64,000 nucleotides of DNA from Planctomycetota bacterium (GTDB lineage Bacteria; Planctomycetota; UBA8108; SXIK01): NCBI GenBank assembly GCA_965223265.1, contig OZ244999.1, forward strand, positions 7,424,001 to 7,488,000, in the 5' to 3' direction. The notes below the pieces were generated by a model. The model did no database searches. It worked only from the letters and a program-made list of their open reading frames with translations, and had not been told where the DNA came from. Made by a program: the position numbers and the translations under genes. The stretch's first letter is position 1. Every line of letters starts with the position of its first letter. Positions 38,497-48,823 of the stretch are shown piece by piece.

Positions 38497-39180
38497 ATGA
38501 TTCGCGCTAAGACGACTTGTCGTAACATTGTATTCTTCGGCCCTCCAGGTGTCGGCAAGGGCGTCCAAGCGAGGATCGTCAGCGAGCGCGACCACCTCGC
38601 CTACTTGTCGACCGGCGACGCGATTCGGGACCATGTCCGCCGCAACACCGACTTGGGACGACGTGTCAAGGACGCGATCGCGCGCGGTCTTTTCGCTGAC
38701 GACGAAACCGTCGTCAGCATCGTGGCGGAGAACCTAGATCGCGAGGCGTTCCAGGGTGGCTTCATTCTCGACGGCTTCCCGCGCAACGTCCGGCAAGCGA
38801 AGCAGCTCGATCAGCTTCTCGCCAAACGTGGTCGCAGGATTGACTGCGTCGTTTTCCTCCGCGCACCAGAACAGACGATTCTTGAACGCGTTTCCGGACG
38901 CCTCGTGTGCCAGGAATGTGGTTGCTCGTATCATGCCGCGTTTCGTCGACCAAGGGTCGACGGCGAGTGCGACGCGTGCGGCGGCGGCATCTGTCGACGC
39001 CCCGACGACGAGCCACAGGCTTGCCGCCAACGCTTGCGGATTTACACCGAACAGACAGCACCGTTGGAACAGTACTATGCGCAGCACAATCTGCTCGCCT
39101 ACGTCGACAGCGCACGGGCGCCGGAAGAAGTCGCACTCAGCATCGCACACGCGCTCGGACACGGCGCCAGCAGCACCTGA
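38497..39180 (+). CDS. adk: Adenylate kinase (zinc-lid type)
   Basis: GPPGVGKG, STGD, GFILDGFPR, CxxC...CxxC lid, R.DD and QTAPL. Start uncertain. Confidence 0.9.
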   Translation: MIRAKTTCRNIVFFGPPGVGKGVQARIVSERDHLAYLSTGDAIRDHVRRNTDLGRRVKDAIARGLFADDETVVSIVAENLDREAFQGGFILDGFPRNVRQAKQLDQLLAKRGRRIDCVVFLRAPEQTILERVSGRLVCQECGCSYHAAFRRPRVDGECDACGGGICRRPDDEPQACRQRLRIYTEQTAPLEQYYAQHNLLAYVDSARAPEEVALSIAHALGHGASST

Positions 39181-39266
39181 CCCAACCGATCTTCGAATGG
39201 ATCGTTGGAGCCATCCTCGTCTGCCCCCCAACCAGAGCGAGACCTCGAACTCGAAGCGATGGGCGC

Positions 39267-39304
39267 AAAAAAAGGGCGCTTCCGAATAAATCCAGAAGCG
39301 CCCT
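39267..39304. terminator. Intrinsic-terminator-like hairpin with its T-tract on the minus strand
   Basis: A7 followed by GGGCGCTTC-N12-GAAGCGCCC. Confidence 0.6.
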
Positions 39305-39445
39305 GGGGCAGTTGTGGGGATGAAAAGTTATGCTCATCTTCCAGCAGACATCAAGACGAATCCTTCGCAATCTTCGACGTTCGCCGGATATAAGGGTGTC
39401 GACCGCACTTGTTGAATCAGCGCCGAAGGACGCCGAGCGACTGGA

Positions 39446-40819
39446 ATGAAGCGGCTACTCGTCATCGATGTCGTCGGGCTTACCAAGGGACTTGTTGGTG
39501 AAAACACGCCGCACCTATGTCGGCTAGCAAGCTCGGGATTTCAGGCCGTTTTGCGACCGGCACTCCCCGCGGTGACCTGTACGGCGCAGAGCACGATACT
39601 GACGGGAACTCTACCGCGTCAGCACGGTGTTGTGGCGAACGGCTGGCTGTTCCGGGACCTGGCCCAGGTCTGGCTGTGGCGGCAGTCAAACCACCTCGTC
39701 CATGGTGAGAAGGTTTGGCATCGGGCGCGCGCACGCGACGCGTCTTTTACCTGCGCGCAAGTTTTTTGGTGGTACAACATGTACGCCGACGTTGACTGGT
39801 CGGTGACACCACGCCCCGCATACTTTGCAGATGGCCGCAAGCTTCCAGACATCTATTGCCAACCGGCGGCACTTCGAGCGAAGCTCTCAAGCCAAGTCGG
39901 GGAGTTCCCGCTGTTTCAGTTTTGGGGACCCGCTGCGGGACTGAAGTCGTCGCAGTGGATTGCCGACGCCGCAGCGTTCGTCATGCGGCAGAAGCGCCCG
40001 ACCTTGACGCTCGTCTATCTGCCGCATCTCGACTACGACCTACAGCGCTTCGGCCCCGGCGACCCGCGCATCGCCGCGGAGGTCAGAGCTGTGGACGAAA
40101 TCGTGGGCCAACTCGCAGCCACAGCCTCTGAAATTGACGCGGAAGTCATCGCGCTTTCCGAATACGGAATCACAACCGTCGACGGGAGCGTCTCCATCAA
40201 TCGCGTGCTACGAAAAGCGGGGTTGCTCGAGGTTTACGCGGCGCGCAATGGAGAAATCCTCGACGTCGGATCGTCCCGCGCATTCGCGCTCAGCGATCAC
40301 CAAGTAGCCCATGTCTACATTCGCAATCGAAGCGACATTGCCGCCGTCGAGAAGCTGCTCGCGGCGACGGAAGGGATCGAGACGGTCCTCGACGAAAACG
40401 GCAAAGCACAAGTCGGTTTAGACCATCCTCGCAGCGGCGAACTGATCGCTGTCTCTGCGCCCGGCCGATGGTTCGATTACTACTACTGGCTCGACGACGA
40501 CCAAGCCCCAGACTTCGCACGCACGGTCGATATCCACCAAAAACCCGGGTATGACCCAGTCGAGCTCTTTCTCGACGAGCAGAAACCACTCGTCAAGTTG
40601 CAGATCGGCGCGAAACTGCTCGCACGCCGCGTTGGGTTCCGTTCACTCTTGAATGTGATTCCGCTGACTCCACACCTGGTCCGCGGCTCCCATGGGCGTC
40701 TCCCCGAGCACGACGACGACGCGCCGGTCCTGATTTCCACGAGTGCTGCGGCACAGCTTTCACGTCTTCACATGACGGAAGTTGCCGACTTAATGTTGTC
40801 GACCATCTTCGACGCATAG
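39446..40819 (+). CDS. Alkaline phosphatase / nucleotide pyrophosphatase family protein (EboF-like)
   Basis: IDVVGL, PAVTCTAQ, HGVVANGW, YLPHLDY.LQ, SEYG, DIHQKPGYDP and RGSHG. Confidence 0.85.
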   Translation: MKRLLVIDVVGLTKGLVGENTPHLCRLASSGFQAVLRPALPAVTCTAQSTILTGTLPRQHGVVANGWLFRDLAQVWLWRQSNHLVHGEKVWHRARARDASFTCAQVFWWYNMYADVDWSVTPRPAYFADGRKLPDIYCQPAALRAKLSSQVGEFPLFQFWGPAAGLKSSQWIADAAAFVMRQKRPTLTLVYLPHLDYDLQRFGPGDPRIAAEVRAVDEIVGQLAATASEIDAEVIALSEYGITTVDGSVSINRVLRKAGLLEVYAARNGEILDVGSSRAFALSDHQVAHVYIRNRSDIAAVEKLLAATEGIETVLDENGKAQVGLDHPRSGELIAVSAPGRWFDYYYWLDDDQAPDFARTVDIHQKPGYDPVELFLDEQKPLVKLQIGAKLLARRVGFRSLLNVIPLTPHLVRGSHGRLPEHDDDAPVLISTSAAAQLSRLHMTEVADLMLSTIFDA

Positions 40820-40893
40820 AAAAAGTGCGACGCAGCGGAGCCTCTTGCCGACCGAGGTTCACACCCGGCCGACGCCGGCGCTCGACTCGACCA

Positions 40894-42819
40894 CTACGAG
40901 CCCCGACTTCGACGCAAAAACTCTTCGGCTTCGCTCACGACATCTGTGGGGTACCCTTGCGCCGACAGGACACGAATGGCGTTGCGTCGTGGACTCACCC
41001 CCTCGCGCAAACGATAGTCAAAGTGCATCTGACCGTCCCGCATTTCGTCGAGCAGGTGGTGATTGAGCATGCCGCGCTCGCGGTCCCGATCGACGAGCTC
41101 CGTGAGTTGTACGTCATGGGTCGCGACAATCATGAGCGCGCCGGAATCTCTGAAGTACTTGAGAACCGCACGTGAAATCGCCAACCTCTCGGCGGAGTTG
41201 GTACCGCGAAAGAGTTCATCGAAAAGAGCGAGAACGTGTCGCTCTTGACTCACCATCTCCAAGGTTCGCAGCACCCGCTCCACTTCGACTTGGAAATAGC
41301 TCTTACCGTCGTCGAGCGAATCTCTCACGTTGACGTCAGTCTGAAGAATGAGCGGCGTACAACGAAACTCCCGGCCACACACCGGGCCTCCGATCGTCGC
41401 CAGCAGTACATTCGTGCCGACAGCCTTGAGATACGTCGACTTGCCGGCCATGTTCGATCCCGTCAGGATCCAAAGATTGGCTTTGTCGTCGAGGCAAACT
41501 TTGTTCTGAACGCAGCGAGAAGGCGGCAACAAGGGATGGCCCATGGCCGCCGCGCGAACACTCGGTAGTTCGGCGTCCAACACTTCTGGAAGCGAGAAAC
41601 TCTTCTGCTCGGCGAGCGGCGTCGCAAGGCTAATGACGGCCTCCATCTCGCCGATCGCACCAGCCGCCGACGCGAGCTCGCCGCGGTGACGTTCGACAGC
41701 GGAGAGAGCGCTCGGTAAGAATCTCAACTCCCAAAGCGTCAAGGCGTTGAGTATTTCGAACACGATCCCGAAATCGTGGAGCGAAAGGAGATCGACGTAG
41801 CGGGAAAGCCGCTTCGTCAGCGTTTCGAGCCCGCCGATCGCCGCGTCGATCTGGCGCCACTCCCTGACCTCGAGCTGAGCGCGCGCCAAGGCCGAGCGAA
41901 CATCCTGCCAGGCGCCGAGTAGCGGGCGGAGAAGAAGAATCCGGTCGCGTGCTGGGTTCGAGTGGCGCACCAGCGTCGCGATCACGATGAGATTCACGAC
42001 GACGCATGGTACTAGCAGGCCGAGGAGCTCAAAACGTCGCAGCGCGATGGCGGTGGCGACGATGACAAGTGGGACGTTGCCGACGGTCAGCACCAGACGA
42101 CGAGCCTGCTTCAGCCACGACAGGTCCGACTTTCGACCCAGGAACTGGGCAAGTGGGGCTAAATCGTGGCGACGGAGCGGCAACACGGCAAGCAGCAAGT
42201 CACGGCGTGCCTCTGAGCGCGCGGCGATCTCCGCGACCGCCTTTTGCCGCTCGTGGATGTCGTCGGCGCGCCGCAGCGGTCGCGAAATGGATCGGACCAG
42301 CCGCTGCCGACCGAAGAACGTGCTTGTCCAATCGAGAAACCCGAGAAGGCTCCTGCGCCCCCTCAGCAGCCCGAGGTCGTCGGCGCTGCTTGGGTCGATC
42401 GCGTACGACGCCGCCTCCGGTTCGTAGACGCGCTCGCCACGCTCCAGGGGTGACGCCCCGGAAAGCTCACATGGCGCCTCATAGTCTCGCTCTTCGTAGG
42501 CAACCCTCAGTCGCTCCTCGTCGGTCAAAGTGATCTCGTCTTCAACCCGGCGCAGACGATCGACAATGCGTCCGTGGTGGCCGATCACTATGACGAAAAA
42601 CGCCGCACCCGGTACCGCGACGGCGTAGAAGAAGAAAGAAGACTCCGTCGCGGCTGCCAAGCCAAGAATGCAGAGCCCGAAGAAGAGAAGTCGCAGCCAC
42701 GAGTCTCGGCGGCTGATGCTGTCGAGACGGGCTTTTTCGCGCTCCAGCTCACGGACGCACTGATCGCCATCCCGTTGCTCGAGGTCGGCACCTTCTTTGA
42801 TCTCTTGCGTCCGCAACAA
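40894..42819 (-). CDS. Membrane-anchored MutS-related ATPase (domains III/V)
   Basis: TGSNMAGKST Walker A, SYF..E, FDELFRGTN and ATHD, plus hydrophobic TM segments. Confidence 0.85.
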   Translation of the reverse strand: MLRTQEIKEGADLEQRDGDQCVRELEREKARLDSISRRDSWLRLLFFGLCILGLAAATESSFFFYAVAVPGAAFFVIVIGHHGRIVDRLRRVEDEITLTDEERLRVAYEERDYEAPCELSGASPLERGERVYEPEAASYAIDPSSADDLGLLRGRRSLLGFLDWTSTFFGRQRLVRSISRPLRRADDIHERQKAVAEIAARSEARRDLLLAVLPLRRHDLAPLAQFLGRKSDLSWLKQARRLVLTVGNVPLVIVATAIALRRFELLGLLVPCVVVNLIVIATLVRHSNPARDRILLLRPLLGAWQDVRSALARAQLEVREWRQIDAAIGGLETLTKRLSRYVDLLSLHDFGIVFEILNALTLWELRFLPSALSAVERHRGELASAAGAIGEMEAVISLATPLAEQKSFSLPEVLDAELPSVRAAAMGHPLLPPSRCVQNKVCLDDKANLWILTGSNMAGKSTYLKAVGTNVLLATIGGPVCGREFRCTPLILQTDVNVRDSLDDGKSYFQVEVERVLRTLEMVSQERHVLALFDELFRGTNSAERLAISRAVLKYFRDSGALMIVATHDVQLTELVDRDRERGMLNHHLLDEMRDGQMHFDYRLREGVSPRRNAIRVLSAQGYPTDVVSEAEEFLRRSRGS

Positions 42820-42988
42820 ACCTCGCTCCTAGCCTCGAGTTAGCAGCCCGTGAAGCCATTGGGCCGAAAAACCGGTCTGCTCATGCCCACTCGGCCATAT
42901 CTCTACCCGTCGTGCGCCGATCGCATGGATCCAACCACGTATCGATCGAAATACCGGGATCCATGAAGTCCATGTCACGTCGCTGACC

Positions 42989-44863
42989 TCAACGCACCTG
43001 CTGGCGGTACCATTGCCGCCACTGCGACGTCACCTGCTTCCAGAGTCGCGGCGTCTCCTTCGCTGGTGGCGACAGCTTGTGACCGGTCCACCGGACAAGC
43101 GTCCCGTGAACGAGGCGCCGATAATCATCGTCGGCGACGGAGAGCTCGTCCACAAGAGTTTCACCAAGGGTGCGCAGCTTGTGCCGCCGCGCCACCCACA
43201 CCAACCAACTCTTGTGACGCGTGCTGGTCATCTCTCCCAACTTGCGCTCAACAAGCGCCGCCTCCACGCTCTCTGCATCGTAGAGCGCGCGAATCGATCT
43301 GAACGACGCGTACCATGCCTCATAGCGCTGCGGTTCCGTCCATCGCTCGCCCGTGATCTTCACCAGGGAGCGGCGTACGAAGCGTTTGAAAGGCGGATTC
43401 AACTCCCACAATCGCAGGAGGAACGGAATCAGTTCCTCACGTCGCCGCACTGGATAGTTCTCGACGATCTCCTGCCCGAGCCGCACCAACTTGGTATTGC
43501 GAGCAGAAGCGAGGTAAGCGAAAGCGCGCGCTGCTGACACGTAGCCCTCAAGCGCCGGGATGTACACCCGGTCTGAAGGCGCAGCGCCACTCCGTGCGCC
43601 GGTGACGACGATCGGCGTGGCGACACCGATCGAGCTTGACGCGCGCGTGAGAAAGAGAATAGCCAAAGACGTATTGATGTAGCTTCCCCAGCCGCCTCGA
43701 GTCTGCTCCAACTGAAGGAGTCGTGTCGCCCCTTCCACGTACCAGTCCCGATCCCCGAAGCGTTCGACTTCGCCGAGATCCGCGGCTTTTTCAAGGCTAT
43801 AGAGGTTGTAGTAGATATCACGCCGATCGTTGAGGAATTCGTCGAAGTGACGCGTGATCCAGGCGTAGCTCTGATAGAGCGCCCGCTCAGCGCGGACCTC
43901 AAGGCGCCGGGGAAGACACCGAGCACCGCCGCGCCGATGTGCTCGCAAGACAATCGCAAGGCTGGAAGCGCCTGCCGCTGTCATCGCGGCATAAGGCTGC
44001 GCCGGAGTTGTCGACCGTCGCAGCGGCTTAGCGCGGTACGCCCAGCCCCCAGGAAGCGCCGTCACTTGTCGCTGACGCGGGCGTGACGCCAACCCGAATG
44101 CCGCCTCAATGCCAACGCGCGGCGTGAGCACGACGCGGACCACGTCCGGCTCTTCGTACAGCGAGCGGGAGAACGTCTCAGCGATCAAGGAGAGTGCCTC
44201 GCCGAGTTTGGGAACGCGCCCGGGCTCGAGGCGCTGCAGCCCGACCTCAAGCCCCAAGGCCGCAAATTGGGTGTTCGAGAAATCGTGAGACTTCCCCGTT
44301 TGCCGGTAGGTCCAGCCGCGTTGGCGTCTCGCCTCAACGAGCCACTTCGTGAGCTCACCAATCTTTCGGACAGCTTCTCCAGACGTCGGTACGGGGTCTT
44401 CGCGTTCCCGCTCTGTTGCAGGCGTCTCGGAAGCGGTGAACTCGTGCAAAGACTGCTTCGCGACGAAAGCGTCGAGAGCGAAGAGAGCGCAGCTTGCGTC
44501 GTAGGTCGTGTCGGGACGCGCAGCGACGACGTAACTCAAGGCGCGACGCACCCTCGGCTCCGCAAGTGACACGTCGGCGTTCAAGAGCGCCGTCACTACG
44601 AGCGCGACGCGCCCCACCGGATAGTCCCGTCGCGGTTTCTCGACAAGCGAATCGAGGGTCTCCAACAGGCGACCGGCGCCTCGATCGACAGCCGTTTCGA
44701 CGGCACTAGCGAGATCGACGGGCGACTCCGCACGCAGGTCGCCAAAACTCAAAACGACACTCAATGCCGCCAGTACCCTCGGCAGCGCATGGAAACTGCT
44801 GGCGAGACCGCACTGCACGAAGGCACGCCGCACACGAATGCCCCACTTGAAAATGCTCCGCAT
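42989..44863 (-). CDS. Prenyltransferase-repeat-like alpha/alpha-barrel protein with helical C-terminus
   Basis: GWTY...DFSNTQFAALGL, GGWAY, MTAAG, YY.LYSLE and DWY..GA..L motifs. Start uncertain. Confidence 0.65.
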   Translation of the reverse strand: MRSIFKWGIRVRRAFVQCGLASSFHALPRVLAALSVVLSFGDLRAESPVDLASAVETAVDRGAGRLLETLDSLVEKPRRDYPVGRVALVVTALLNADVSLAEPRVRRALSYVVAARPDTTYDASCALFALDAFVAKQSLHEFTASETPATEREREDPVPTSGEAVRKIGELTKWLVEARRQRGWTYRQTGKSHDFSNTQFAALGLEVGLQRLEPGRVPKLGEALSLIAETFSRSLYEEPDVVRVVLTPRVGIEAAFGLASRPRQRQVTALPGGWAYRAKPLRRSTTPAQPYAAMTAAGASSLAIVLRAHRRGGARCLPRRLEVRAERALYQSYAWITRHFDEFLNDRRDIYYNLYSLEKAADLGEVERFGDRDWYVEGATRLLQLEQTRGGWGSYINTSLAILFLTRASSSIGVATPIVVTGARSGAAPSDRVYIPALEGYVSAARAFAYLASARNTKLVRLGQEIVENYPVRRREELIPFLLRLWELNPPFKRFVRRSLVKITGERWTEPQRYEAWYASFRSIRALYDAESVEAALVERKLGEMTSTRHKSWLVWVARRHKLRTLGETLVDELSVADDDYRRLVHGTLVRWTGHKLSPPAKETPRLWKQVTSQWRQWYRQQVR

Positions 44864-45035
44864 GAGAACGAAGTCCTCGTCTGTCGGCGGCGGTCGCGAT
44901 CAATGCGAGGCGGACGCTGGTAGCATAGCGCGCGAAAGAGAGCCCGCAACTCACGATCGCAAGACCGGATCATACGTCGCGCTGGGCTTCACTGCGCTGG
45001 CCGTGACCATTCCGGGCTGACCGTGCTGGTGCGGT

Positions 45036-45223
45036 TAGCAAGCCTGCCTGAAAAAGTGCTTCGAGCCGAAAACTGGTCTCGTTGCGTCCAGATCGGCCGC
45101 GGCAAACGCAGGCAATCTTCGGGCCCTCTTCTTTCGATTCTGATGGCGAGTATTGACGCGGCCCGTCTGGGCGTGAAGAGGCCAGTTTCTTCGGCCGAAT
45201 GACTTTTTCAGGCGGGCTGTTAG
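45036..45223. mobile_element. MITE type 1, copy a
   Basis: Terminal inverted repeats GCCTGCCTGAAAAAGT...ACTTTTTCAGGCGGGC bounded by TAG. Homologous to 45481-45646. Confidence 0.75.
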
Positions 45224-45483
45224 CTCGAGTTTGGCCATTTCGCGTCGAGCCTGCCAGCGCCAGGAGCGTCGAGGCCAAGGAGCGACTCGGGCGCGGTCCC
45301 GCTCGGGTCGTGGCGGAGGACGGGCGCAGGCATCGGCGCTCCTGGCGTTCCCCGAAGGGCCGGACAGGAGTTGTTTTTGAACATGCACAAGGGTTCTCAG
45401 GGTACTAAAAAGTCGAAAGGGCCTTTGAATTCCCGCGAAACTCGTCCGGCCAGGCCGGCGCGAAATGGCCAAACTCGAGCTAG
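45221..45483. mobile_element. MITE type 2
   Basis: Perfect terminal inverted repeats TAGCTCGAGTTTGGCCATTTCGCG...CGCGAAATGGCCAAACTCGAGCTA. A related end occurs at about 31481-31506. Confidence 0.75.
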
Positions 45484-45646
45484 CAGCCTGTTGAAAAAGT
45501 GCTTCGAGTCGAAAACTGGTCGCTTCGCGTCCAGATCGACCGCGGCGAACGTAGGTAATCTCCGAGATTTTCGAGGCTCGCCGCGGTCGATCTGGGCGTG
45601 AAGAGGCCAGTTTCTCGGCCGAATGACTTTTTCAACGGGCTGCTAG
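45481..45646. mobile_element. MITE type 1, copy b
   Basis: TAGCAGCCTGTTGAAAAAGT...ACTTTTTCAACGGGCTGCTAG, with an internal palindrome CCAGATCGACCGCGGCGA...TCGCCGCGGTCGATCTGG. Confidence 0.8.
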
Positions 45647-45647
45647 G

Positions 45648-46304
45648 TTAGCCCTCGAGGCGCGAAGACTCGTCTGCCGGCCCCTTCCCATCGACATCGA
45701 ACGACGTTGCGAGTGAACCGAGCACGACCCCGAGCCAGATGCAAAGAGCAATCATGAGCGCGAGCACAACGACGAAAAGTGCCGTCGCTTTCGGGGTCGC
45801 GGCGTGCTTTGACGGCACTGCGCGGCGGGTGTCGACCGCGGCCATCGGAGCGGGCTCGGTGGTGCCGCCAGATTCTCGAGAGCCCGGCGACACGGTCACA
45901 GATTCCACCCGGATCACGTCGGCGTCAGTGGCCGGCGAGGCCGGCGAGGCGTTCGACTCGACGCCGCGAGTGTTCTTGGTAACACTGTCGGCGGTCGGCC
46001 GAAACTCTCCGTTCAGGCGCATGACAATACGAAAAGCGCCGACGCGAACTACGTCGCCGTGCCGGAGTACCCCCTGCTTGTGATGTGCGTCGTTGACGAG
46101 AGTACCATTTGTACTGCAGAGGTCGACGAACCGATATTCGTCTCCGGCCCGTTCGATGAGCAGGTGTTGACGAGAGATGCTCGAATGCCGCAGACAAATC
46201 TCGGCTTTCGGCGACCGTCCGACGAAGAATCGGTCTCGATCCACGTCGACGTCCCAGCTGCTCTGACTCTCGAGGTTATGAACTTCGAACCTGGGCATCG
46301 GCAC
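45648..46304 (-). CDS. FHA-domain protein with C-terminal TM helix
   Basis: VGRS...SISRQH...DLCSTNGTLVN, a low-complexity linker and a TM segment. Confidence 0.85.
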   Translation of the reverse strand: MPMPRFEVHNLESQSSWDVDVDRDRFFVGRSPKAEICLRHSSISRQHLLIERAGDEYRFVDLCSTNGTLVNDAHHKQGVLRHGDVVRVGAFRIVMRLNGEFRPTADSVTKNTRGVESNASPASPATDADVIRVESVTVSPGSRESGGTTEPAPMAAVDTRRAVPSKHAATPKATALFVVVLALMIALCIWLGVVLGSLATSFDVDGKGPADESSRLEG

Positions 46305-46357
46305 GCAAATCTCATCCAGTTTCGATCAGAACGGCTTCACCCACCGACAAGCCGTCG

Positions 46358-47389
46358 CTAAAGCGACGCGGGACCAGGGTCGCGCTCGTGCTCGACAGTT
46401 CGCCCGCGACGATAAACATAGTCTTGCGCGTTTCGTTCGACTTCCGCCCGCAGCGCGGAATTCAACGGCTTTTCCAAGTCATGATACAGCCCCGGCTCCC
46501 CTTTCGGGCGGGACTTCCAACGGCGGTGCAACCAAAAGTACTGATCTGGCGCCGCACGCACGACCCTCTCCAAGGCCGTAAGATAGTCTGCCACCAGACG
46601 TTCGGGTTCGCCTTCAGCGGCGATGGGTTCGTCGCCCGTGCGCAGCACCGTGGCCTCCACCTCGAAGCGCCAATCACGTCCAACCCAGCAACAAACAGCA
46701 AACACGATCGGGCAGCGGGCATTCAGCAAAACACGAGCGAAGCCCGAATTCGTCGAAGCGGGAATGCCAAAGAAATCGTAGAAGTGACGCCGGCGGCGGT
46801 CGTTCTGGTCGACAAGAAGGCCGATGCTTTGGCCTTCCTGCAACAACGAGTGCACTCGCACGAGGGCACCAGCGCGGTCAACCGCCGGTCGACCGCGGTG
46901 CGACCGAGCTCGATTCAAGGCGCGGTCGATATACGGGTTTGAGACTTTCTGGGTAACCGCCGCGACGGGAAAGCCAAGCATATTCAGGCAGGCGTGTCCC
47001 ATCTCCCAGTTGCCGACGTGCGCCGTCAACACCGCGATCGGCCGCCCTTGAAGAGGCTCCAGCACACGCTTGGCCGCTTCGAGACCGCGAAACTCGATCG
47101 GGGGCTTGCCGTGCCACTCAAGGCTCAACCCCGCCAGGATCTTGACCGCGTTGATGAACGTGCGACGCGTGATGGTCTCCCGGGCCTCTGGCGTGAGCGC
47201 TTCGCCGAAGGCGATATCGAGATTGCGCCTAACGACTCTGCGCCGACCAGGGCTCAACAGCCAGACGGCAAGACCGACCATCTCGGCGATGCGTAGGGCC
47301 GCAGCGGGTGGCAGCACGCCGACAGCCCACAGTGGTGGCAGGGCGCAGGCAGCTGCCAGCCTGTGCAGCAAATCCCGCCCGATACGCAT
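46358..47389 (-). CDS. Lipid A late acyltransferase (LpxL/HtrB family)
   Basis: AHVGNWE, LLVDQ, FFG and PDQYFWLHRRWK. Confidence 0.85.
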   Translation of the reverse strand: MRIGRDLLHRLAAACALPPLWAVGVLPPAAALRIAEMVGLAVWLLSPGRRRVVRRNLDIAFGEALTPEARETITRRTFINAVKILAGLSLEWHGKPPIEFRGLEAAKRVLEPLQGRPIAVLTAHVGNWEMGHACLNMLGFPVAAVTQKVSNPYIDRALNRARSHRGRPAVDRAGALVRVHSLLQEGQSIGLLVDQNDRRRRHFYDFFGIPASTNSGFARVLLNARCPIVFAVCCWVGRDWRFEVEATVLRTGDEPIAAEGEPERLVADYLTALERVVRAAPDQYFWLHRRWKSRPKGEPGLYHDLEKPLNSALRAEVERNAQDYVYRRGRTVEHERDPGPASL

Positions 47390-47418
47390 GAGTTTCTGCA
47401 GCAGCGTACTCCCACCCC

Positions 47419-48423
47419 TCACCTGCCGAGGAAACGATCCCGGCCTGCGACGAGTGCCTCCAGCTTTCGATCCGCGACGCTGCGCTGCAACATCCAAAAA
47501 CCACAGTCGGGATGGACATAGTGGATGCGGTCGACACCACCGACCAGTCGCGCCGCGGTCTCAATTGCACCGGCGACTTCGTCCGCGCTCTCGACTCTAT
47601 TGTCCTTAATGTCGATCACACCGACCCCAAGACCGACCTTCGTCTCCACTGCCGACAGCGACTCGAGCTCACTGCGCTCACGCCGCGCACACTCGAGGAC
47701 GACATGATCTACATCGAGTTGATTGATGAGCTGGATCAGCGCCGACCAATGCCCCTTCTGAATCGTCTGACCACCGTAGTTGCCGAAGCAAAGATGGACC
47801 CCTTTCTCGCGGTCACGCACGCCAGAGAGCACGTGGTTCAGAGCGGGCACTGCCCACGTCGCCTCCTCCGGATGGCCTGTGATGTTCGCCTCGTCGAGCT
47901 GCACCACGGCGGCGTCGATGCACTCAAGCTGCTGCCGCAGGATTTCCGCCAAGCGCATGCAAAGGCGCGGCACGTCGCCATAGTGCCGGTCCATCACAAC
48001 CTTCGCGAGCATGTGGGGGCCGGTGCAGGTAAACTTTAGCGGCGCGCGCGTGAGTTCACGGACGAACTCCCAGTCCTGAAGTAGGTTCAGGGATCCCTCG
48101 TCGAGTGGAGCACGGACAACAGCCGCGGGCTCACGCCGGTAGCCGGCCACCTCGCTGCACCGAAACTCTTCGATCTCGCTGCGACTCGGCTGGACGCTAA
48201 CGCCTTCGAGTGGCCGGAGAAAGTAGTCAATCATGCCGTTGGTGTCTGGATGGTTGACATCGAAGCGAGCCAGCTCGCCGTCCGAAATCACGTCGATTCC
48301 CGCGTTTTCCTGAGTTTTGAGGACGGCGAGAATGGCGTCGCGAAGTCCTTCACGGCTGCGCGCCGCCGACAGCCAGGACGGGATGGGGTAGCTACCGACG
48401 ACGGTCGTCTTGAGTTGCGGCAT
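47419..48423 (-). CDS. Cobalamin-independent methionine synthase II family protein (MetE C-terminal domain)
   Basis: TTVVGSYP, GIDVISDGE, QLDE, HLCFGN (Zn ligands), GVIDIK and HPDCG. Confidence 0.88.
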   Translation of the reverse strand: MPQLKTTVVGSYPIPSWLSAARSREGLRDAILAVLKTQENAGIDVISDGELARFDVNHPDTNGMIDYFLRPLEGVSVQPSRSEIEEFRCSEVAGYRREPAAVVRAPLDEGSLNLLQDWEFVRELTRAPLKFTCTGPHMLAKVVMDRHYGDVPRLCMRLAEILRQQLECIDAAVVQLDEANITGHPEEATWAVPALNHVLSGVRDREKGVHLCFGNYGGQTIQKGHWSALIQLINQLDVDHVVLECARRERSELESLSAVETKVGLGVGVIDIKDNRVESADEVAGAIETAARLVGGVDRIHYVHPDCGFWMLQRSVADRKLEALVAGRDRFLGR

Positions 48424-48823
48424 GGTCTCTCCAAGTCCCAAAGCAAATGCCCGCGCATTGTATGAGCCGCGCTGTCGGGCGATCAACAGGATTCGAACCG
48501 CCGCCTCGGTCGCAGCCGTGCAACCGAACTCGTCTAGAAGATCATGTCCAACGGTTAGACAGGACGGACGTGTGCGGCGTCGGCAAGACCGAGAACCGGC
48601 GTGTTCATGTCAACGTCGCGATTCCTGCAGCGTTCAAAGTCGAAATACAGGCGCTCTTTCTCGACAATCCGCTGCCCCTCGATCTCAGATGGCTCGGAAG
48701 TTGCCGCTTCGACCTCGTAAAGCTATCGACAGGTGGTCGCGAATTCTGCCACCACGAGCAGTCATCGTCGCCACCTCGTCTTCACACCGTCGAAAAGAAT
48801 CACCCGACCCTCAGGAGGTGTCT

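Noticed and set aside
44970-45601. Short ORFs within the MITE stack
   Set aside because: They have no transposase motifs, and the region is explained by non-coding inverted-repeat elements.
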